Source: Conidiobolus incongruus B7586 (lineage: Eukaryota). Taken from it: a stretch of DNA of 42,683 nucleotides. Made by a program: the position numbers and the translations under genes. The DNA lies in NCBI GenBank assembly GCA_000697335.1, contig JNEM01006293.1:1-42683 (forward strand). Direction: 5' to 3'. The notes under the pieces are model-generated. The model was given only the letters and a program-made list of their open reading frames with translations. It searched no databases and was not told where the DNA came from. Positions 35,873-42,683 of this stretch are shown here, piece after piece. The stretch's first letter is position 1. The number at the start of each line of letters is the position of its first letter.

Positions 35873-38208
35873 TATTAAATTATATTATAATATTGACAAA
35901 ATGATATGTATACTTTAATATACACGAATCATAAATAATTTAGGTTCACTTATAATTTAAAATTTACTAGAATTAATATAAATATTATTTATAAAAACCA
36001 TTCGTAACAAATATATATTGTTTTTAAATTTTTTATAACGAATTACTTTTAATTTTACATTATTTAGAATTTATATGAAGAACCCACCACTTATCCAATT
36101 CTATTAAGTTATTAGGTTATTCATTTATTAAACTTTTGACTGATTAGTTATATTTAAAGTTTATATAATTAAATTTGAAATTTTTAAAGTGATTTCATTA
36201 ATCAAAAAAAATATATAAATATATATATTTTTTATTTTAATTTAAAATAAATTTATCAAAAATATTATATATATTATATAAATATAATATATATATAATG
36301 TAAAATTTATAATTTATGGTAAATTTGATATTTAATTAATTTAAAAATTTAATTTAAAATTAATATAATTTTATTATCGAATTTTATTAATATAAAATAA
36401 TTTAATTATTTGTCATTAATTTTTAAAGTTAGTAAAACAAAATTAATTAGTTAATTTCATATTTATATGCATATATATGTGTATATAATTACTTTCGTAA
36501 TTCATATGATTTTTTATAATAAACTTTTAAATTACAAAATTTAATAATTATTAAAAGTTCAGTACTTTGAAAATTTTTTTTAATTATACACTTATTCTTA
36601 ATTAATTAATATTCAATTATCAAATTATCAATTATTTAAACTTGATAAAAATTTAAAGTGACTTCATTTTAATTAATGATCACTGATAAAATCATAATAA
36701 TATTTATTATCTTTATTTTTTATTATAATTGCTCATATATTTTATTTGATTATTTTGATCCAATAGATTTCTAGAATACCTTTCATATATAAACTATGGT
36801 TAATAAATTTATGATATGATTTAGTGATCCGTTTTTGGTATTTGATATTTAAGTTTATTTGTATAGATTAGTTTTTAAAGATTGATCACTTATCATAAAT
36901 GATGAAATTTTTTTAATGATGTTGTTATTTGATTTTATTTAATAGTATTTCAATTACTTTAAGATTGATATTTAATAATCATATGTATTTGAAATATTGG
37001 TTTGTAAATTCAAAGCAATGCTGTATTATTCTCATCATATCAGAAATAATAACTGAAAACTAAATTTTTATGCAGTTACTAAAATAGATCATGACAAGTA
37101 TTGACGATATACAGTAAAACTTGAAATCAATTCCAATTAAAAATGGATGGAAGGGAGTAAATTAAATAGATACAAAGAATTGGACGAAAGAGATTGTTAA
37201 GGAGATTATTAATTCTTTATATCACTTACCTCAACCTAGTTAAATCCAAGTTATCATTGTGAGTCATTGGATTTATCTATTTTTCATAAAGGTATATAAC
37301 TTGAATAGTTATTCACCCTACCTTATCAAATTTAGCTAATGATTTGTCATTTTTTAAACCTATTTTATCTTATATTTAATCTTGAATATTTTACCTTTAT
37401 TCAAGATGTGTTTCAACCATATTGTCCTTTTAACTAATACATTTTTATTTTGTGAATTTATTGTTAAATATTATACTTGTATGTTATATTGTTTATAATA
37501 TATTTTATCAATACACATGTTTTTTAATACTGCTCTAATTATTAATGATATATTATTATTAATATTAACGATACATTTTAATAGTTTTAAAAAACTTTCA
37601 AGAATAAAATTAAGTTGTATATATACCAAATCATATTATCTTATTTAATATATCCTTATTCAATTTGACAAATTCCTTTATAATTGATTTTATAGAATGA
37701 TATAATTACCTTTTTAAGCCACTTAAATCAAGTTTAATATGTTAGGGATTTATAAAATAATTTTTCTTTAAATATGATGACATATGTCACTAATTTTAAT
37801 CAAGTTAACGATATTGACATCATTTGTTGATTCTTTCGTTTTATTTTAGCATATCACCCTTTTCAATGTTATCAATTCCACTTAATGGATTTATATTATT
37901 TTTCATTTCTTTAAATAATATTTTCTAGAGTATTAAGAAATCTATGATTATATTGTTTTTATATACTAATATATATATTCCTAATGAAAATTCATAATTT
38001 ATTATTAAAAAATTTGAGCCATTTATATTCTAACTATATATCATTTATAGATGAATATTTCTAAAGGTAATTAATTAATCTATATATCAATAAATAAACT
38101 ATATAATGAAATATCTTTTTCAGTACATTAATTTATAATTTGAAGTAAATTTGACCTATTTGTAAAAGTGAAACTGTGATTGCTGTTAATATATCAAATT
38201 AAATTTCA

Positions 38209-38234
38209 ATATATATATATATATATATATATAT
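38209..38234. repeat. (AT)13 microsatellite
   Basis: Uninterrupted AT dinucleotide run ~145 bp downstream of the stop codon of the Met/Cys-rich gene. Confidence 0.9.
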
Positions 38235-38377
38235 TTGAAATAGAAATCAAAGAATGAAATGTTAGTATTTGAGATTGACTTAAGCATATTTTAATTATAA
38301 AAAATTAATTAATTCATCGTAATGTAATAAGTTTTATTCGAATATCATATACTAATCATTTCAATGGTTAGTTGAAT

Positions 38378-39133
38378 TTAGCACATACCACCAAATCTCA
38401 TATTCATCATCATGCTCTTTTGACTTTGTTGGATGCATTTCTGAGCGCAAGTTTGAATCAAGCGCTGGAGTTCGCAAGCTTGACGGAGGTTATCGCACAT
38501 CATACGGTAGTTCATGGTACAGTTTGAAGCTTGGTTGATGCATTGACGACATTGTTGCATCAATTGGGTCATTTCCATCATATCGCGATGCATTTCACGG
38601 CACAACATACACTCACAGCTCATCATCTTGTTCTGGTTCATAAATTCACATAACATTTGGATCATACGGCACATTTGATCCTTCTCGATGCGGCATTGCT
38701 CTAAGCATTGCTGGGCCATCATAGGGTTGGTCATGCACTGGGTGAGCATGGTGCTCCATTGGTTGCAACGCTGGGCAATCATGGCCATCATGCTGCAAAT
38801 TCTCTGATTCATCATACTACAGCTGTTGGTCATCATTCCATTGCAAGCCATATTGACCATCATTCTACTGGAACCCATGTTGTTCATCATCATACAGCAT
38901 TGAGCGTTTCCGTTCATATCGCAGGAGCAGATGCCAGTAACGTCACAGTTACAGCCAACGCAGCCACAGCACTTGGGGCGCATTGTTCCGGTCATGGACA
39001 TAGGACCACAGTTCATCATAGGAGACATAGGACCATAGTTCATCATAGGAGACATAGGACCACAGTTCATCATAGGAGACATGGGGGTAGAGCAATTCAT
39101 CATGGGAGACATGTTTCTGCAGTTGTTCATCAT
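38378..39133 (-). CDS. Uncharacterised Met/Cys-rich protein (251 aa), candidate metal- or sulfur-storage protein
   Basis: Intronless ORF forming a GC-rich island in AT-rich DNA. It starts AAAA-ATG-ATG at 39133, with TATAAATA on the minus strand at 39206-39213. Manual count: 56 Met and 33 Cys. Confidence 0.85.
   Translation of the reverse strand: MMNNCRNMSPMMNCSTPMSPMMNCGPMSPMMNYGPMSPMMNCGPMSMTGTMRPKCCGCVGCNCDVTGICSCDMNGNAQCCMMMNNMGSSRMMVNMACNGMMTNSCSMMNQRICSMMAMIAQRCNQWSTMLTQCMTNPMMAQQCLEQCRIEKDQMCRMIQMLCEFMNQNKMMSCECMLCREMHRDMMEMTQLMQQCRQCINQASNCTMNYRMMCDNLRQACELQRLIQTCAQKCIQQSQKSMMMNMRFGGMC
38997..39113 (-). repeat. 27-bp coding tandem repeat (PMSPMMNCG-like units)
   Basis: Three near-identical copies of GACATAGGACCAYAGTTCATCATAGGA on the + strand plus a diverged fourth unit, encoding MSPMMN(C/Y)GP repeats. 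Confidence 0.9.
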
Positions 39134-42100
39134 TTTTAATAGATTAAAATTGAAAATTTGGATTAGTATCAATTATTATGGGCTGAAGGATGGGCCAAAT
39201 TTGAGTATTTATAACCACAGAAATGGGGTTAATTGAAAGTCCAAGATAGGGAATCTTGAAATGGGAAATGATTATGTATCCTAATACATTCAATAACTGA
39301 ATAACACAAATAGATTTTTCCACAATTAATCTTAATATGTATTGGCAAGTGAGGGGGTATTATTTTTAACCTATATCCAAATCTAATTAATGGATATTGA
39401 CTCATTAATTTAGTACCCTGAGTTGAATAAGGAAATTATATCACAATTTGTAGTGATATTTATCTTGTTTAATAGGTTAGACACGTCATCAACCTTTGAT
39501 CAATATTCTCCCCTTGTTGATAAGATTTTCATATAACTTGAATAGTCTTGACATTTGAATATTATACATAATAATTTATATTTCTTAAATATATTTGTTA
39601 TAGCTAATTTTAAATTATTGATTAAAAATCAATAATCTAATTTTGCATAATTTTAAAGTTTTAAGAAAGTAAGGCAAAAAAACTCAATCAAGATAAATAT
39701 CAAATTAAAATATAATAGTTAGATAGACTATATACTATCAACTATTTTACTATCAAAAATTTATTATTCAAATATGAATAATTTTAAATTGATTATAATA
39801 GTAATAAAATATAATTCTCTCAACAATTGACCATATTATCACGTTCAATGAAATATAAGAGGAAAGATTTTGAGAATCATTGAAATGCAATTTCATATTT
39901 ACTAAGCCATTAGTATATAATGATGATGTTAATAAAGGGTTTTTCATCAATTAGTTTAAATTTGAGGAAGATTACCTCTCCAATTTTAGATTAATTACAA
40001 ATCGAGTTTTGATATGAAAAAATTTAGTTATATTTTTGAAATCAGCTTATTTGAATTTCCAAAAGTTTCAAGTAAAATAATTCAATTTTTATATAATAAT
40101 TTTAGGCAAGTAATATGGAGTTTTTTTGATTTATTTCAATTATTAATACAATAAATAATTTTAATATTAAATTATTTAATCTCAATTAAATTATGTTTTA
40201 ATTTAAGAATAATACTCTTGATTAATAAACTACATTTTCATCAAGAAAAGGTCATTATAAGGATATAGAAATAGATGAAACATATAATTTATAATTGGCA
40301 TATAATACATATTTTCTATTATTTACTTTAATATTAAACTAATTAATTGTAAAAAATAGCTAATTTTTTATAAACCCGATATGTAATTAGTTCGAACTTG
40401 AAGAAAAAAATATTCTATAAATTTGTATTTATTCATGAAAAATATCTTTATTTTTCGAATAGTTGTTTTTATAAAAATAACCAGTTATTTGGTAAAGAAT
40501 TTTGGTGAATATTTGTCTTTGGAATCAAAATTTGAATTAGATAATATCAAAGCATTTAGAATTAAAGCTAGACCTTTTGAAGATTTCAGCGATTAATTCA
40601 CTATCATATATTACAAAAATTTTTTTCAAAGCAAATATAAATTTATTCATTTCTATCATAAATTCCAATTTATGTTTATATATCATTATAACTATATAGT
40701 GTTCTAATCCCATCGCTTTTATCAATTATTCATATAGTTTACTATATCATTTGAGTATATCTAGTTAATGTATCATTGTATAATTTTGAATAAATATAAT
40801 ATTTCTCTTTCTATTTATCTTTATAATTAGTATTTTTATTTTAATATTTATCTAATTTAGTGTAATAATTGATTCGATTTTTATAGACTTATTTAATTAA
40901 ATAAATCTTGAACTTTTAAATCAATAATATCAAATTATTATATAATGAACAACAGAAAAAGCATCTTAAGTATTTTAATTACTAAGTACCAGTGTTTTGA
41001 AAATATTTCCTTAAGATAACTAATTTTATAAACTTTGATTCTAACCAGAAATAACATTGCTTAAAAAATTTTAAACCAAATATTTGTATCACTGATTTAA
41101 TAATAAGTTATAAATATGACGCTTTAAAATAACGTTTATTTAGTTTTAAAAAGAGTCGTATCACTAATTAAAATCTTTATACTGTGATATTTATATTTTA
41201 AAAATGTTGATTATCATTTTATAAATCAGAATTTTGAATAATCTTGGTTATTTTTGATGATGTAATACAAAGCTTCTTTGATCAAACTGTTGGAGACAAG
41301 TTCATTGAGCAGGTAATAACTTGAATTTTGGTATGTAACAAGAACACTACCAGTAAGGAATATATAGTGTTGTACATATGGAGTACCTCTTAAAAAGACT
41401 ATATGATTTAATCTCAATAATAATTTTCATTGAATTAAAATTTATTCGATTACATTGAATGAATTTATATCAACTGTTTGATATAATGAAAATATCTAAT
41501 AATATACTGGTTCGAAAATTTAATCTCCCTCAGCTAATATTAAATATTATCAATACTTCGTTATTACGTCAAATATTTCCTTTGAAGTGATTATAGACAA
41601 CATGTGAAATCAATTCTTATGATAAATAACTATATATCCAAATCTAATTAAATCAATCTGAATAATTGCAAATTTAGGTAATACTGTTCCCAGAATTTTC
41701 ATTGGTTCTGGGCATGCATATCGATATTTAATCAAGGCCTAAATAAACTGTTACATTCAACTTAGATACTTGATGTTATTTTATTAGTCTTTAGTTTCAA
41801 AGTGTATAGTACTAAGTATATTTTTGTCATCCTGAATTGAGTAGTATTATTTTTGACTAATTTTTTGCCTTTAAAATATTAAATTGGAATCTTATTAATT
41901 AAACTCAGATATTGGGATAGAGCTGTAAAAATTAGAGCCATATAAACTCCAAGTGGATTTTAGGCTCTATTTAGTTTTTGGTAATAATAAGTCTTTTAAA
42001 TAAACAGACAAAATATGCTATATCAAATCCTTTTCAGTTTACCAATAAATAAAACTATAAAAAATAAATCTAATTGCTTAAAGAAAATTGTTTTAATAAG

Positions 42101-42683
42101 ATAATATCGGATATTTGATTAAGAGTTAATTATTAATATTTTGGCTTCTAAACTTAATTATGATTAATATACATAGGACCTTTTTTAATTAAATTAATAA
42201 TTATTATAAGAGAGTTTACTATTGAGAATTTAAGCCCTTTTTATCTTATTGAAAAAAACATTAAAAATTCTTAATTTTGTATAAAATTTAAATTTTTGAT
42301 ATTAAAATTAATATTATAAATAACCAGTTTTTATATATTATAGAATAAAATATTATACTTTTATATATAAAGAATCTATTAGATTTACTAATCGTAATAT
42401 AGCCTATATACAATTTATAATATTGATAAAATATTGAATACAATAAGATAGATTTTAATCAATATTTTATTAAAATTAAAATTTTATATATTTAAAATAA
42501 ATTACCTACTAATTAAATTTAAGTTATTTTATTTATACCAAGTTGAATTAATTAAATTTTTATTAAAACTAAAAATAAAAAAATAAATAATAATTTAAAA
42601 ATTATATAAATAATAGTTTTTTATATTTGAATAAAAAATCTTAATATATTAAAATTAAATAAAAAAATCAAATATTATTTTAT

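Noticed and set aside
38997..39113. CRISPR-like array
   Set aside because: The units are head-to-tail with no unique spacers, are 27 bp in-frame coding repeats, and lie in a eukaryotic genome.
38708..39139. His-rich 143-aa ORF on the + strand (HHRRHR repeats) as a metal-binding protein
   Set aside because: It is the antisense shadow of the Met-rich gene (ATG reads CAT on the other strand), has no ATG start, and the TATA box and start context favour the minus strand.
41933..41969. Small hairpin TAGAGCC...GGCTCTA
   Set aside because: A single short imperfect stem with no supporting motif or second copy, compatible with chance.

Overview
This is very AT-rich eukaryotic DNA with short (~50 nt) GT-AG introns and fungal-type genes, most consistent with an early-diverging fungus (Conidiobolus/Entomophthoromycotina-like; inferred from composition and gene style). 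The first ~9.7 kb is a birth-and-death array of Ure2p/Nu-class (YfcG-like) glutathione transferases: 3 intact copies (one cut by the window edge) and 3 pseudogenes, two of which are not recognisable from the ORF track. A sulfiredoxin gene follows. The middle holds housekeeping genes (AOS1/SAE1, GCP2/SPC97, a J-domain protein, MRP51, DOA10, MAK21, SmF), a WOPR (Gti1/Pac2) transcription factor and a decayed DHHC palmitoyltransferase. There are two apparently intact tRNAs (Glu-TTC, intron-containing Ile-TAT) and three degenerate tRNAs (Lys, Cys, Arg). Two items stand out. One is an intronless orphan gene for a 251-aa protein that is about 35% Met+Cys, with a metallothionein-like Cys cluster and a Cys-lined helical domain (candidate metal- or sulfur-storage protein). 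The other is a ~520-bp GC-rich, stem-rich non-coding island about 20 bp upstream of the degenerate tRNA-Lys.
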